64,000 nucleotides of DNA from Eledone cirrhosa (GCA_964016885.1 OZ024744.1:1550001-1614000), one strand, 5' to 3'; positions 14,460-29,010 are shown, counted from the first letter of the stretch. Numbers and translations are program-made. The notes: generated by a model not told the origin, from the sequence alone.

Positions 14460-17400
14460 TCGTTCTTCACCAAGCTATCTTTCTCTACCTTGTCTTCCCA
14501 CAAAACGTCATTCTTCACCAAGCTATCTTTCTCTAACTTGTCTTCCCTCAAAACGTCGTTCTTCACCAAGCTATCTTTCTCTACCTTGTCTTCCCCCAAA
14601 ACTTCGTTCTTCACCAAGCTATCTTTCTCTACCTTGTCTTCCCCCAAAACTTCGTTCTTCGCAAGCTATCTTTCTCTACCTTGTCTTCCCCCAAAACTTC
14701 TTTCTTCACCAAGTCATCTTTCTCTACCTTGTCATCCCTCAAAACTTCGTTCTTCACCAATCTATCTTTCTCTGCCTTGTCTTCCCCCAAAACTTCGTTC
14801 TTCACCAAGCTATCTTTCTCTACCTTGTCTTCACACAAAACTTCGTTCTTCACCAAGCTATCTTTCTCTACCTTGTCTTCCCACAAAACGTCATTCTTCA
14901 CCAAGCTATCTTTCTCTACCTTGTCTTCCGTCAAAACTTCGTTCTTCACCAAGATATCTTTCTCTACCTTGTCTTCTCCCAAAACTTCGTTCTTCACCAA
15001 GCTATCTTTCTGTACCTTGTCTTCCCTCAGAACTTCGTTCTTCACCAAGCTATCTTTCTCTACCTTGTCTTCCCCCAAAACTTTGTTCTTCACCAAGCTA
15101 TCTTTCTCTACATTGTCTTCCCTCAAAACTTCGTTCTTCACCAAGCTATCTTTCTCTACCTTGTCTTTCATCAAAACGTCGTTCTTCACCAAGCTCTCTT
15201 TCTCTACCTTGTCTTCCCCCAAAACTTCGTTCTTCACCAAGCTATCTTTCTCTACCTTGTCTTCCCCCAAAACTTCGTTCTTCACCAAGCTATCTTTCTC
15301 TACCTTGTCTTCCCACAAAACGTCATTCTTCACCAAGCTATCTTTCTCTACCTTGTCTTCCCTCAAAACGTCGTTCTTCACCAAGCTATCTTTCTCTACC
15401 TTGTCTTCCCTCAAAACATCGTTCTTCACCAAGCTATCTTTCTCTACCTTGTCTTCCCTCAAAACTTCGTTCTTCACCAAGCTATCTTTCTCTACCTTGT
15501 CTTCCCCCAAAACTTCGTTCTACACCAAGCTATCTTTCTCTACATTGTCTTCTCCCAAAACTTCGTTATTCACCAAGCTATCTTTCTCTACCTTGTCTTC
15601 CCTCAAAACTTCGTTCTTCACCAAGCTATCTTTCTCTACCTTGTCTTCCCCCAAAACTTCGTTCTTCACCAAGTCATCTTTCTCTACCTTGTCATCCATC
15701 AAAACTTTGTTCTTCACCAATCTATCTTTCTCTACCTTGTCTTCCCCCAAAACTTCGTTCTTCACCAAGCTATCTTTCTCTAGCTTGTCTTCACACAAAA
15801 CTTCGTTCTTCACCAAGCTATCTTTCTCTACCTTGTCTTCCCACAAAACGTCATTCTTCACCAAGCTATCTTTCTCTACCTTGTCTTCCCTCAAAACGTC
15901 GTTCTTCACCAAGCTATCTTTCTCTACCTTGTCTTCCCTCAAAACTTCGTTCTTCACCAAGCTATCTTTCTCTACCTTGTCTTCCCCCAAAACTTCGTTC
16001 TTCACCAAGCTATCTTTCTCTACCTTGTCTTCTCCCAAAACTTCGTTATTCACCAAGCTATCTTTCTCTACCTTGTCTTCCCTCAAAACTTCGTTCTTCA
16101 CCAAGCTATCTTTCTCTACCTTGTCTTCCCCCAAAACTTCGTTCTTCAACAAGTCATCTTTCTCTACCTTGTCATCCCTCAAAACTTTGTTCTTCACCAA
16201 TCTATCTTTCTCTACCTTGTCTTCCCCCAAAACTTCGTTCTTCACCAAGCTATCTTTCTCTAGCTTGTCTTCACACAAAACTTCGTTCTTCACCAAGCTA
16301 TCTTTCTCTACCTTGTCTTCCCACAAAACGTCATTCTTCACCAAGCTATCTTTCTCTAACTTGTCTTCCCTCAAAACGTCGTTCTTCACCAAGCTATCTT
16401 TCTCTACCTTGTCTTCCCCCAAAACTTCGTTCTTCACCAAGCTATCTTTCTCTACCTTGTCTTCCCCCAAAACTTCGTTCTTCGCAAGCTATCTTTCTCT
16501 ACCTTGTCTTCCCCCAAAACTTCTTTCTTCACCAAGTCATCTTTCTCTACCTTGTCATCCCTCAAAACTTCGTTCTTCACCAATCTATCTTTCTCTGCCT
16601 TGTCTTCCCCCAAAACTTCGTTCTTCACCAAGCTATCTTTCTCTACCTTGTCTTCACACAAAACTTCGTTCTTCACCAAGCTATCTTTCTCTACCTTGTC
16701 TTCCCACAAAACGTCATTCTTCACCAAGCTATCTTTCTCTACCTTGTCTTCCGTCAAAACTTCGTTCTTCACCAAGATATCTTTCTCTACCTTGTCTTCT
16801 CCCAAAACTTCGTTCTTCACCAAGCTATCTTTCTGTACCTTGTCTTCCCTCAGAACTTCGTTCTTCACCAAGCTATCTTTCTCTACCTTGTCTTCCCCCA
16901 AAACTTTGTTCTTCACCAAGCTATCTTTCTCTACATTGTCTTCCCTCAAAACTTCGTTCTTCACCAAGCTATCTTTCTCTACCTTGTCTTTCATCAAAAC
17001 GTCGTTCTTCACCAAGCTCTCTTTCTCTACCTTGTCTTCCCCCAAAACTTCGTTCTTCACCAAGCTATCTTTCTCTACCTTGTCTTCCCCCAAAACTTCG
17101 TTCTTCACCAAGCTATCTTTCTCTACCTTGTCTTCCCACAAAACGTCATTCTTCACCAAGCTATCTTTCTCTACCTTGTCTTCCCTCAAAACGTCGTTCT
17201 TCACCAAGCTATCTTTCTCTACCTTGTCTTCCCTCAAAACATCGTTCTTCACCAAGCTATCTTTCTCTACCTTGTCTTCCCTCAAAACTTCGTTCTTCAC
17301 CAAGCTATCTTTCTCTACCTTGTCTTCCCCCAAAACTTCGTTCTACACCAAGCTATCTTTCTCTACATTGTCTTCTCCCAAAACTTCGTTATTCACCAAG

Positions 17401-18175
17401 CTATCTTTCTCTACCTTGTCTTCCCTCAAAACTTCGTTCTTCACCAAGCTATCTTTCTCTACCTTGTCTTCCCCCAAAACTTCGTTCTTCACCAAGTCAT
17501 CTTTCTCTACCTTGTCATCCATCAAAACTTTGTTCTTCACCAATCTATCTTTCTCTACCTTGTCTTCCCCCAAAACTTCGTTCTTCACCAAGCTATCTTT
17601 CTCTAGCTTGTCTTCACACAAAACTTCGTTCTTCACCAAGCTATCTTTCTCTACCTTGTCTTCCCACAAAACGTCATTCTTCACCAAGCTATCTTTCTCT
17701 ACCTTGTCTTCCCTCAAAACGTCGTTCTTCACCAAGCTATCTTTCTCTACCTTGTCTTCCCTCAAAACTTCGTTCTTCACCAAGCTATCTTTCTCTACCT
17801 TGTCTTCCCCCAAAACTTCGTTCTTCACCAAGCTATCTTTCTCTACCTTGTCTTCTCCCAAAACTTCGTTATTCACCAAGCTATCTTTCTCTACCTTGTC
17901 TTCCCTCAAAACTTCGTTCTTCACCAAGCTATCTTTCTCTACCTTGTCTTCCCCCAAAACTTCGTTCTTCAACAAGTCATCTTTCTCTACCTTGTCATCC
18001 CTCAAAACTTTGTTCTTCACCAATCTATCTTTCTCTACCTTGTCTTCCCCCAAAACTTCGTTCTTCACCAAGCTATCTTTCTCTAGCTTGTCTTCACACA
18101 AAACTTCGTTCTTCACCAAGCTATCTTTCTCTACCTTGTCTTCCCACAAAACGTCATTCTTCACCAAGCTATCTT
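14460..18175. repeat. Tandem HOR duplication, period 1823 bp (38 monomers); a related earlier copy lies about 2014 bp upstream
   Basis: ORF pairs 14629/16452 and 15520/17343. The variant CAACAAGTCA is shared at about 16147/17970. The pair 12615/14629 is 2014 apart (42x48-2). Confidence 0.88.
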
Positions 18176-21100
18176 TCTCTACCTTGTCTTCCGTCAAAAC
18201 TTCGTTCTTCACCAAGATATCTTTCTCTACCTTGTCTTCTCCCAAAACTTCGTTCTTCACCAAGCTATCTTTCTCTACCTTGTCTTCCCTCAAAACGTCG
18301 TTCTTCACCAAGCTATCTTTCTCTACCTTGTCTTCCCTCAAAACATCGTTCTTCACCAAGCTATCTTTCTCTACCTTGTCTTCTCCCAAAACTTCGTTAT
18401 TCACCAAGCTATCTTTCTCTACCTTGTCTTCCCTCAAAACTTCGTTCTTCACCAAGCTATCTTTCTCTACCTTGTCTTCCCCCAAAACTTCGTTCTTCAC
18501 CAAGCTATCCTTCTCTACCTTGTCTTCCCCCAAAACTTCGTTCTTCACCAAGCTATCTTTCTCTAGCTTGTCTTCACACAAAACTTCGTTCTTCACCAAG
18601 CTATCTTTCTCTACCTTGTCTTCCCACAAAACGTCATTCTTCACCAAGCTATCTTTCTCTACCTTGTCTTCCGTCGAAATTCGTTCTTCACCAAGATATC
18701 TTTCTCTACCTTGTTTTCTCCCAAAACTTCGTTCTTCACCAAGCTATCTTTCTCTACCTTGTCTTCCCTCAGAACTTCGTTCTTCACCAAGCTATCTTTC
18801 TCTACCTTGTCTTCCCTCAAAACGTCGTTCTTCACCAAGCTATCTTTCTCTACCTTGTCTTCCCTCAAAACATCGTTCTTCACCAAGCTATCTTTCTCTA
18901 CCTTGTCTTCTCCCAAAACTTCGTTATTCACCAAGCTATCTTTCTCTACCTTGTCTTCCCTCAAAACTTCGTTCTTCACCAAGCTATCTTTCTCTACCTT
19001 GTTTTCCCCCAAAACTTCGTTCTTCACCAAGCTATCTTTCTCCACCTTGTCTTCCCCCAAAACTTCGTTCTTCACCAAGCTATCTTTCTCTACCTTGTCT
19101 TCCCCCAAAACTTCTTTCTTCACCAAGTCATCTTTCTCTACCTTGTCATCCCTCAAAACTTCGTTCTTCACCAATCTATCTTTCTCTGCCTTGTCTTCCC
19201 CCAAAACTTCGTTCTTCACCAAGCTATCTTTCTCTACCTTGTCTTCACACAAAACTTCGTTCTTCACCAAGCTATCTTTCTCTACCTTGTCTTCCCACAA
19301 AACGTCATTCTTCACCAAGCTATCTTTCTCTACCTTGTCTTCCGTCAAAACTTCGTTCTTCACCAATATATCTTTCTCTACCTTGTCTTCTCCCAAAACT
19401 TCGTTCTTCACCAAGCTATCTTTCTCTACCTTGTCTTCCCTCAGAACTTCGTTCTTCACCAAGCTATCTTTCTCTACCTTGTCTTCCCCCAAAACTTCGT
19501 TCTTCACCAAGCTATCTTTCTCTACATTGTCTTCCCCAAAACTTCGTTCTTCACCAAGCTATCTTTCTCTACCTTGTCTTTCATCAAAACGTCGTTCTTC
19601 ACCAAGCTCTCTTGCTCTACCTTGTCTTCCCCCAAAACTTCGTTCTTCACCAAGCTATCTTTCTCTACCTTGTCTTCCCCCAAAACTTCGTTCTTCACCA
19701 AGCTATCTTTCTCTACCTTGTCTTCCCACAAAACGTCGTTCTTCACCAAGCTATCTTTCTCTACATTGTCTTCCCCAAAACTTCGTTCTTCACCAAGCTA
19801 TCTTTCTCTACCTTGTCTTTCATCAAAACGTCGTTCTTCACCAAGCTCTCTTTCTCTACCTTGTCTTCCCCCAAAACTTCGTTCTTCACCAAGCTATCTT
19901 TCTCTACCTTGTCTTCCCCCAAAACTTCGTTCTTCACCAAGCTATCTTTCTCTACCTTGTCTTCCCACAAAACGTCATTCTTCACCAAGCTATCTTTCTC
20001 TACCTTGTCTTCCCACAAAACGTCATTCTTCACCAAGCTATCTTTCTCTACCTTGTCTTCCCTCAAAACGTCGTTCTTCACCAAGCTATCTTTCTCTACA
20101 TTGTCTTCCCCAAAACTTCGTTCTTCACCAAGCTATCTTTCTCTACCTTGTCTTTCATCAAAACGTCGTTCTTCACCAAGCTCTCTTTCTCTACCTTGTC
20201 TTCCCCCAAAACTTCGTTCTTCACCAAGCTCTCTTTCTCTACCTTGTCTTCCCCCAAAACTTCGTTCTTCACCAAGCTATCTTTCTCTACCTTGTCTTCC
20301 CCCAAAACTTCGTTCTTCACCAAGCTATCTTTCTCTACCTTGTCTTCCCACAAAACGTCATTCTTCACCAAGCTATCTTTCTCTACCTTGTCTTCCCTCA
20401 AAACGTCGTTCTTCACCAAGCTATCTTTCTCTACCTTGTCTTCCCTCAAAACATCGTTCTTCACCAAGCTATCTTTCTCTACCTTGTCTTCCCTCAAAAC
20501 TTCGTTCTTCACCAAGCTATCTTTCTCTACCTTGTCTTCCCCCAAAACTTCGTTCTACACCAAGCTATCTTTCTCTACATTGTCTTCTCCCAAAACTTCG
20601 TTATTCACCAAGCTATCTTTCTCTACCTTGTCTTCCCTCAAAACTTCGTTCTTCACCAAGCTATCTTTCTCTACCTTGTCTTCCCCCAAAACTTCGTTCT
20701 TCACCAAGTCATCTTTCTCTACCTTGTCATCCATCAAAACTTTGTTCTTCACCAATCTATCTTTCTCTACCTTGTCTTCCCCCAAAACTTCGTTCTTCAC
20801 CAAGCTATCTTTCTCTAGCTTGTCTTCACACAAAACTTCGTTCTTCACCAAGCTATCTTTCTCTACCTTGTCTTCCCACAAAACGTCATTCTTCACCAAG
20901 CTATCTTTCTCTACCTTGTCTTCCCTCAAAACGTCGTTCTTCACCAAGCTATCTTTCTCTACCTTGTCTTCCCTCAAAACTTCGTTCTTCACCAAGCTAT
21001 CTTTCTCTACCTTGTCTTCCCCCAAAACTTCGTTCTTCACCAAGCTATCTTTCTCTACCTTGTCTTCTCCCAAAACTTCGTTATTCACCAAGCTATCTTT

Positions 21101-24100
21101 CTCTACCTTGTCTTCCCTCAAAACTTCGTTCTTCACCAAGCTATCTTTCTCTACCTTGTCTTCCCCCAAAACTTCGTTCTTCACCAAGTCATCTTTCTCT
21201 ACCTTGTCATCCCTCAAAACTTTGTTCTTCACCAATCTATCTTTCTCTACCTTGTCTTCCCCCAAAACTTCGTTCTTCACCAAGCTATCTTTCTCTAGCT
21301 TGTCTTCACACAAAACTTCGTTCTTCACCAAGCTATCTTTCTCTACCTTGTCTTCCCACAAAACGTCATTCTTCACCAAGCTATCTTTCTCTACCTTGTC
21401 TTCCGTCAAAACTTCGTTCTTCACCAAGATATCTTTCTCTACCTTGTCTTCTCCCAAAACTTCGTTCTTCACCAAGCTATCTTTCTCTACCTTGTCTTCC
21501 CTCAAAACGTCGTTCTTCACCAAGCTATCTTTCTCTACCTTGTCTTCCCTCAAAACATCGTTCTTCACCAAGCTATCTTTCTCTACCTTGTCTTCTCCCA
21601 AAACTTCGTTATTCACCAAGCTATCTTTCTCTACCTTGTCTTCCCTCAAAACTTCGTTCTTCACCAAGCTATCTTTCTCTACCTTGTCTTCCCCCAAAAC
21701 TTCGTTCTTCACCAAGCTATCCTTCTCTACCTTGTCTTCCCCCAAAACTTCGTTCTTCACCAAGCTATCTTTCTCTAGCTTGTCTTCACACAAAACTTCG
21801 TTCTTCACCAAGCTATCTTTCTCTACCTTGTCTTCCCACAAAACGTCATTCTTCACCAAGCTATCTTTCTCTACCTTGTCTTCCGTCGAAATTCGTTCTT
21901 CACCAAGATATCTTTCTCTACCTTGTTTTCTCCCAAAACTTCGTTCTTCACCAAGCTATCTTTCTCTACCTTGTCTTCCCTCAGAACTTCGTTCTTCACC
22001 AAGCTATCTTTCTCTACCTTGTCTTCCCTCAAAACGTCGTTCTTCACCAAGCTATCTTTCTCTACCTTGTCTTCCCTCAAAACATCGTTCTTCACCAAGC
22101 TATCTTTCTCTACCTTGTCTTCTCCCAAAACTTCGTTATTCACCAAGCTATCTTTCTCTACCTTGTCTTCCCTCAAAACTTCGTTCTTCACCAAGCTATC
22201 TTTCTCTACCTTGTTTTCCCCCAAAACTTCGTTCTTCACCAAGCTATCTTTCTCCACCTTGTCTTCCCCCAAAACTTCGTTCTTCACCAAGCTATCTTTC
22301 TCTACCTTGTCTTCCCCCAAAACTTCTTTCTTCACCAAGTCATCTTTCTCTACCTTGTCATCCCTCAAAACTTCGTTCTTCACCAATCTATCTTTCTCTG
22401 CCTTGTCTTCCCCCAAAACTTCGTTCTTCACCAAGCTATCTTTCTCTACCTTGTCTTCACACAAAACTTCGTTCTTCACCAAGCTATCTTTCTCTACCTT
22501 GTCTTCCCACAAAACGTCATTCTTCACCAAGCTATCTTTCTCTACCTTGTCTTCCGTCAAAACTTCGTTCTTCACCAATATATCTTTCTCTACCTTGTCT
22601 TCTCCCAAAACTTCGTTCTTCACCAAGCTATCTTTCTCTACCTTGTCTTCCCTCAGAACTTCGTTCTTCACCAAGCTATCTTTCTCTACCTTGTCTTCCC
22701 CCAAAACTTCGTTCTTCACCAAGCTATCTTTCTCTACATTGTCTTCCCCAAAACTTCGTTCTTCACCAAGCTATCTTTCTCTACCTTGTCTTTCATCAAA
22801 ACGTCGTTCTTCACCAAGCTCTCTTGCTCTACCTTGTCTTCCCCCAAAACTTCGTTCTTCACCAAGCTATCTTTCTCTACCTTGTCTTCCCCCAAAACTT
22901 CGTTCTTCACCAAGCTATCTTTCTCTACCTTGTCTTCCCACAAAACGTCGTTCTTCACCAAGCTATCTTTCTCTACATTGTCTTCCCCAAAACTTCGTTC
23001 TTCACCAAGCTATCTTTCTCTACCTTGTCTTTCATCAAAACGTCGTTCTTCACCAAGCTCTCTTTCTCTACCTTGTCTTCCCCCAAAACTTCGTTCTTCA
23101 CCAAGCTATCTTTCTCTACCTTGTCTTCCCCCAAAACTTCGTTCTTCACCAAGCTATCTTTCTCTACCTTGTCTTCCCACAAAACGTCATTCTTCACCAA
23201 GCTATCTTTCTCTACCTTGTCTTCCCTCAAAACGTCGTTCTTCACCAAGCTATCTTTCTCTACCTTGTCTTCCCTCAAAACATCGTTCTTCACCAAGCTA
23301 TCTTTCTCTACCTTGTCTTCCCTCAAAACTTCGTTCTTCACCAAGCTATCTTTCTCTACCTTGTCTTCCCCCAAAACTTCGTTCTTCACCAAGCTATCTT
23401 TCTCTACATTGTCTTCTCCCAAAACTTCGTTATTCACCAAGCTATCTTTCTCTACCTTGTCTTCCCTCAAAACTTCGTTCTTCACCAAGCTATCTTTCTC
23501 TACCTTGTCTTCCCCTAAAACTTCGTTCTTCACCAAGTCATCTTTCTCTACCTTGTCATCCATCAAAACTTTGTTCTTCACCAATCTATCTTTCTCTACC
23601 TTGTCTTCCCCCAAAACTTCGTTCTTCACCAAGCTATCTTTCTCTAGCTTGTCTTCACACAAAACTTCGTTCTTCACCAAGCTATCTTTCTCTACCTTGT
23701 CTTCCCACAAAACGTCATTCTTCACCAAGCTATCTTTCTCTACCTTGTCTTCCCTCAAAACGTCGTTCTTCACCAAGCTATCTTTCTCTACCTTGTCTTC
23801 CCTCAAAACTTCGTTCTTCACCAAGCTATCTTTCTCTACCTTGTCTTCCCCCAAAACTTCGTTCTTCACCAAGCTATCTTTCTCTACCTTGTCTTCTCCC
23901 AAAACTTCGTTATTCACCAAGCTATCTTTCTCTACCTTGTCTTCCCTCAAAACTTCGTTCTTCACCAAGCTATCTTTCTCTACCTTGTCTTCCCCCAAAA
24001 CTTCGTTCTTCACCAAGTCATCTTTCTCTACCTTGTCATCCCTCAAAACTTTGTTCTTCACCAATCTATCTTTCCCTACCTTGTCTTCCCCCAAAACTTC

Positions 24101-24880
24101 GTTCTTCACCAAGCTATCTTTCTCTAGCTTGTCTTCACACAAAACTTCGTTCTTCACCAAGCTATCTTTCTCTACCTTGTCTTCCCACAAAACGTCATTC
24201 TTCACCAAGCTATCTTTCTCTACCTTGTCTTCCGTCAAAACTTCGTTCTTCACCAAGATATCTTTCTCTACCTTGTCTTCTCCCAAAACTTCGTTCTTCA
24301 CCAAGCTATCTTTCTCTACCTTGTCTTCCCTCAAAACGTCGTTCTTCACCAAGCTATCTTTCTCTACCTTGTCTTCCCTCAAAACATCGTTCTTCACCAA
24401 GCTATCTTTCTCTACCTTGTCTTCTCCCAAAACTTCGTTATTCACCAAGCTATCTTTCTCTACCTTGTCTTCCCTCAAAACTTCGTTCTTCACCAAGCTA
24501 TCTTTCTCTACCTTGTCTTCCCCCAAAACTTCGTTCTTCACCAAGCTATCCTTCTCTACCTTGTCTTCCCCCAAAACTTCGTTCTTCACCAAGCTATCTT
24601 TCTCTAGCTTGTCTTCACACAAAACTTCGTTCTTCACCAAGCTATCTTTCTCTACCTTGTCTTCCCACAAAACGTCATTCTTCACCAAGCTATCTTTCTC
24701 TACCTTGTCTTCCGTCGAAATTCGTTCTTCACCAAGATATCTTTCTCTACCTTGTTTTCTCCCAAAACTTCGTTCTTCACCAAGCTATCTTTCTCTACCT
24801 TGTCTTCCCTCAGAACTTCGTTCTTCACCAAGCTATCTTTCTCTACCTTGTCTTCCCTCAAAACGTCGTTCTTCACCAAG
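17020..24880. repeat. HOR duplication, period 3212 bp (67 monomers), plus a third partial copy at 2829 bp (59 monomers)
   Basis: ORF pairs 17343/20555, 18659/21871, 19522/22734 and 19761/22973 differ by 3212, and 21871/24700 by 2829. The private SNP TATCCTT has its CC at 18509, 21721 and 24550. CTCTTGCTC is at about 19608/22820. Confidence 0.88.
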
Positions 24881-24989
24881 CTATCTTTCTCTACCTTGTT
24901 TTCCCCCAAAACTTCGTTCTTCACCAAGCTATCTTTCTCTACCTTGTCTTCCCCCAAAACTTCGTTCTTCACCAAGCTATCTTTCTCTA

Positions 24990-27900
24990 CCTTGTCTTCC
25001 CCAAAACTTCTTTCTTCACCAAGTCATCTTTCTCTACCTTGTCATCCCTCAAAACTTCGTTCTTCACCAATCTATCTTTCTCTGCCTTGTCTTCCCCCAA
25101 AACTTCGTTCTTCACCAAGCTATCTTTCTCTACCTTGTCTTCACACAAAACTTCGTTCTTCACCAAGCTATCTTTCTCTACCTTGTCTTCCCACAAAACG
25201 TCATTCTTCACCAAGCTATCTTTCTCTACCTTGTCTTCCGTCAAAACTTCGTTCTTCACCAAGATATCTTTCTCTACCTTGTCTTCTCCCAAAACTTCGT
25301 TCTTCACCAAGCTATCTTTCTCTACCTTGTCTTCCCTCAGAACTTCGTTCTTCACCAAGCTATCTTTCTCTACCTTGTCTTCCCCCAAAACTTCGTTCTT
25401 CACCAAGCTATCTTTCTCTACATTGTCTTCCCCAAAACTTCGTTCTTCACCAAGCTATCTTTCTCTACCTTGTCTTTCATCAAAACGTCGTTCTTCACCA
25501 AGCTCTCTTTCTCTACCTTGTCTTCCCCCAAAACTTCGTTCTTCACCAAGCTATCTTTCTCTACCTTGTCTTCCCCCAAAACTTCGTTCTTCACCAAGCT
25601 ATCTTTCTCTACCTTGTCTTCCCACAAAACGTCGTTCTTCACCAAGCTATCTTTCTCTACCTTGTCTTCCCTCAAAACGTCGTTCTTCACCAAGCTATCT
25701 TTCTCTACCTTGTCTTCCCTCAAAACATCGTTCTTCACCAAGCTATCTTTCTCTACCTTGTCTTCCCTCAAAACTTCGTTCTTCACCAAGCTATCTTTCT
25801 CTACCTTGTCTTCCCCCAAAACTTCGTTCTTCACCAAGCTATCTTTCTCTACATTGTCTTCTCCCAAAACTTCGTTATTCACCAAGCTATCTTTCTCTAC
25901 CTTGTCTTCCCTCAAAACTTCGTTCTTCACCAAGCTATCTTTCTCTACCTTGTCTTCCCCCAAAACTTCGTTCTTCTCCAAGTCATCTTTCTCTACCTTG
26001 TCATCCATCAACACTTTGTTCTTCACCAATCTATCTTTCTCTACCTTGTCTTCCCCCAAAACTTCGTTCTTCACCAAGCTATCTTTCTCTAGCTTGTCTT
26101 CACACAAAACTTCGTTCTTCACCAAGCTATCTTTCTCTACCTTGTCTTCCCACAAAACGTCATTCTTCACCAAGCTATCTTTCTCTAACTTGTCTTCCCT
26201 CAAAACGTCGTTCTTCACCAAGCTATCTTTCTCTACCTTGTCTTCCCCCAAAACTTCGTTCTTCACCAAGCTATCTTTCTCTACCTTGTCTTCCCCCAAA
26301 ACTTCGTTCTTCGCAAGCTATCTTTCTCTACCTTGTCTTCCCCCAAAACTTCTTTCTTCACCAAGTCATCTTTCTCTACCTTGTCATCCCTCAAAACTTC
26401 GTTCTTCACCAATCTATCTTTCTCTGCCTTGTCTTCCCCCAAAACTTCGTTCTTCACCAAGCTATCTTTCTCTACCTTGTCTTCACACAAAACTTCGTTC
26501 TTCACCAAGCTATCTTTCTCTACCTTGTCTTCCCACAAAACGTCATTCTTCACCAAGCTATCTTTCTCTACCTTGTCTTCCGTCAAAACTTCGTTCTTCA
26601 CCAAGATATCTTTCTCTACCTTGTCTTCTCCCAAAACTTCGTTCTTCACCAAGCTATCTTTCTCTACCTTGTCTTCCCTCAGAACTTCGTTCTTCACCAA
26701 GCTATCTTTCTCTACCTTGTCTTCCCCCAAAACTTCGTTCTTCACCAAGCTATCTTTCTCTACATTGTCTTCCCCAAAACTTCGTTGTTCACCAAGCTAT
26801 CTTTCTCTACCTTGTCTTTCATCAAAACGTCGTTCTTCACCAAGCTCTCTTTCTCTACCTTGTCTTCCCCCAAAACTTCGTTCTTCACCAAGCTATCTTT
26901 CTCTACCTTGTCTTCCCCCAAAACTTCGTTCTTCACCAAGCTATCTTTCTCTACCTTGTCTTCCCACAAAACGTCGTTCTTCACCAAGCTATCTTTCTCT
27001 ACCTTGTCTTCCCTCAAAACGTCGTTCTTCACCAAGCTATCTTTCTCTACCTTGTCTTCCCTCAAAACATCGTTCTTCACCAAGCTATCTTTCTCTACCT
27101 TGTCTTCCCTCAAAACTTCGTTCTTCACCAAGCTATCTTTCTCTACCTTGTCTTCCCCCAAAACTTCGTTCTTCACCAAGCTATCTTTCTCTACATTGTC
27201 TTCTCCCAAAACTTCGTTATTCACCAAGCTATCTTTCTCTACCTTGTCTTCCCTCAAAACTTCGTTCTTCACCAAGCTATCTTTCTCTACCTTGTCTTCC
27301 CCCAAAACTTCGTTCTTCTCCAAGTCATCTTTCTCTACCTTGTCATCCATCAACACTTTGTTCTTCACCAATCTGTCTTTCTCTACCTTGTCTTCCCCCA
27401 AAACTTCGTTCTTCACCAAGCTATCTTTCTCTAGCTTGTCTTCACACAAAACTTCGTTCTTCACCAAGCTATCTTTCTCTACCTTGTCTTCCCACAAAAC
27501 GTCATTCTTCACCAAGCTATCTTTCTCTAACTTGTCTTCCCTCAAAACGTCGTTCTTCACCAAGCTATCTTTCTCTACCTTGTCTTCCCCCAAAACTTCG
27601 TTCTTCACCAAGCTATCTTTCTCTACCTTGTCTTCCCCCAAAACTTCGTTCTTCGCAAGCTATCTTTCTCTACCTTGTCTTCCCCCAAAACTTCTTTCTT
27701 CACCAAGTCATCTTTCTCTACCTTGTCATCCCTCAAAACTTCGTTCTTCACCAATCTATCTTTCTCTGCCTTGTCTTCCCCCAAAACTTCGTTCTTCACC
27801 AAGCTATCTTTCTCTACCTTGTCTTCACACAAAACTTCGTTCTTCACCAAGCTATCTTTCTCTACCTTGTCTTCCCACAAAACGTCATTCTTCACCAAGC

Positions 27901-29010
27901 TATCTTTCTCTACCTTGTCTTCCGTCAAAACTTCGTTCTTCACCAAGATATCTTTCTCTACCTTGTCTTCTCCCAAAACTTCGTTCTTCACCAAGCTATC
28001 TTTCTCTACCTTGTCTTCCCTCAGAACTTCGTTCTTCACCAAGCTATCTTTCTCTACCTTGTCTTCCCCCAAAACTTCGTTCTTCACCAAGCTATCTTTC
28101 TCTACATTGTCTTCCCCAAAACTTCGTTGTTCACCAAGCTATCTTTCTCTACCTTGTCTTTCATCAAAACGTCGTTCTTCACCAAGCTCTCTTTCTCTAC
28201 CTTGTCTTCCCCCAAAACTTCGTTCTTCACCAAGCTATCTTTCTCTACCTTGTCTTCCCCCAAAACTTCGTTCTTCACCAAGCTATCTTTCTCTACCTTG
28301 TCTTCCCACAAAACGTCGTTCTTCACCAAGCTATCTTTCTCTACCTTGTCTTCCCTCAAAACGTCGTTCTTCACCAAGCTATCTTTCTCTACCTTGTCTT
28401 CCCTCAAAACATCGTTCTTCACCAAGCTATCTTTCTCTACCTTGTCTTCCCTCAAAACTTCGTTCTTCACCAAGCTATCTTTCTCTACCTTGTCTTCCCC
28501 CAAAACTTCGTTCTTCACCAAGCTATCTTTCTCTACATTGTCTTCTCCCAAAACTTCGTTATTCACCAAGCTATCTTTCTCTACCTTGTCTTCCCTCAAA
28601 ACTTCGTTCTTCACCAAGCTATCTTTCTCTACCTTGTCTTCCCCCAAAACTTCGTTCTTCACCAAGTCATCTTTCTCTACCTTGTCATCCATCAAAACTT
28701 TGTTCTTCACCAATCTATCTTTCTCTACCTTGTCTTCCCCCAAAACTTCGTTCTTCACCAAGCTATCTTTCTCTAGCTTGTCTTCACACAAAACTTCGTT
28801 CTTCACCAAGCTATCTTTCTCTACCTTGTCTTCCCACAAAACGTCATTCTTCACCAAGCTATCTTTCTCTAACTTGTCTTCCCTCAAAACGTCGTTCTTC
28901 ACCAAGCTATCTTTCTCTACCTTGTCTTCCCCCAAAACTTCGTTCTTCACCAAGCTATCTTTCTCTACCTTGTCTTCCCCCAAAACTTCGTCCTTCGCAA
29001 GCTATCTTTC
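24990..29010. repeat. Three tandem copies of a 1342-bp (28-monomer) HOR
   Basis: ORF low coordinates 25418/26760/28102 and 26281/27623/28965 are each spaced 1342 apart (28x48-2). Confidence 0.92.
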
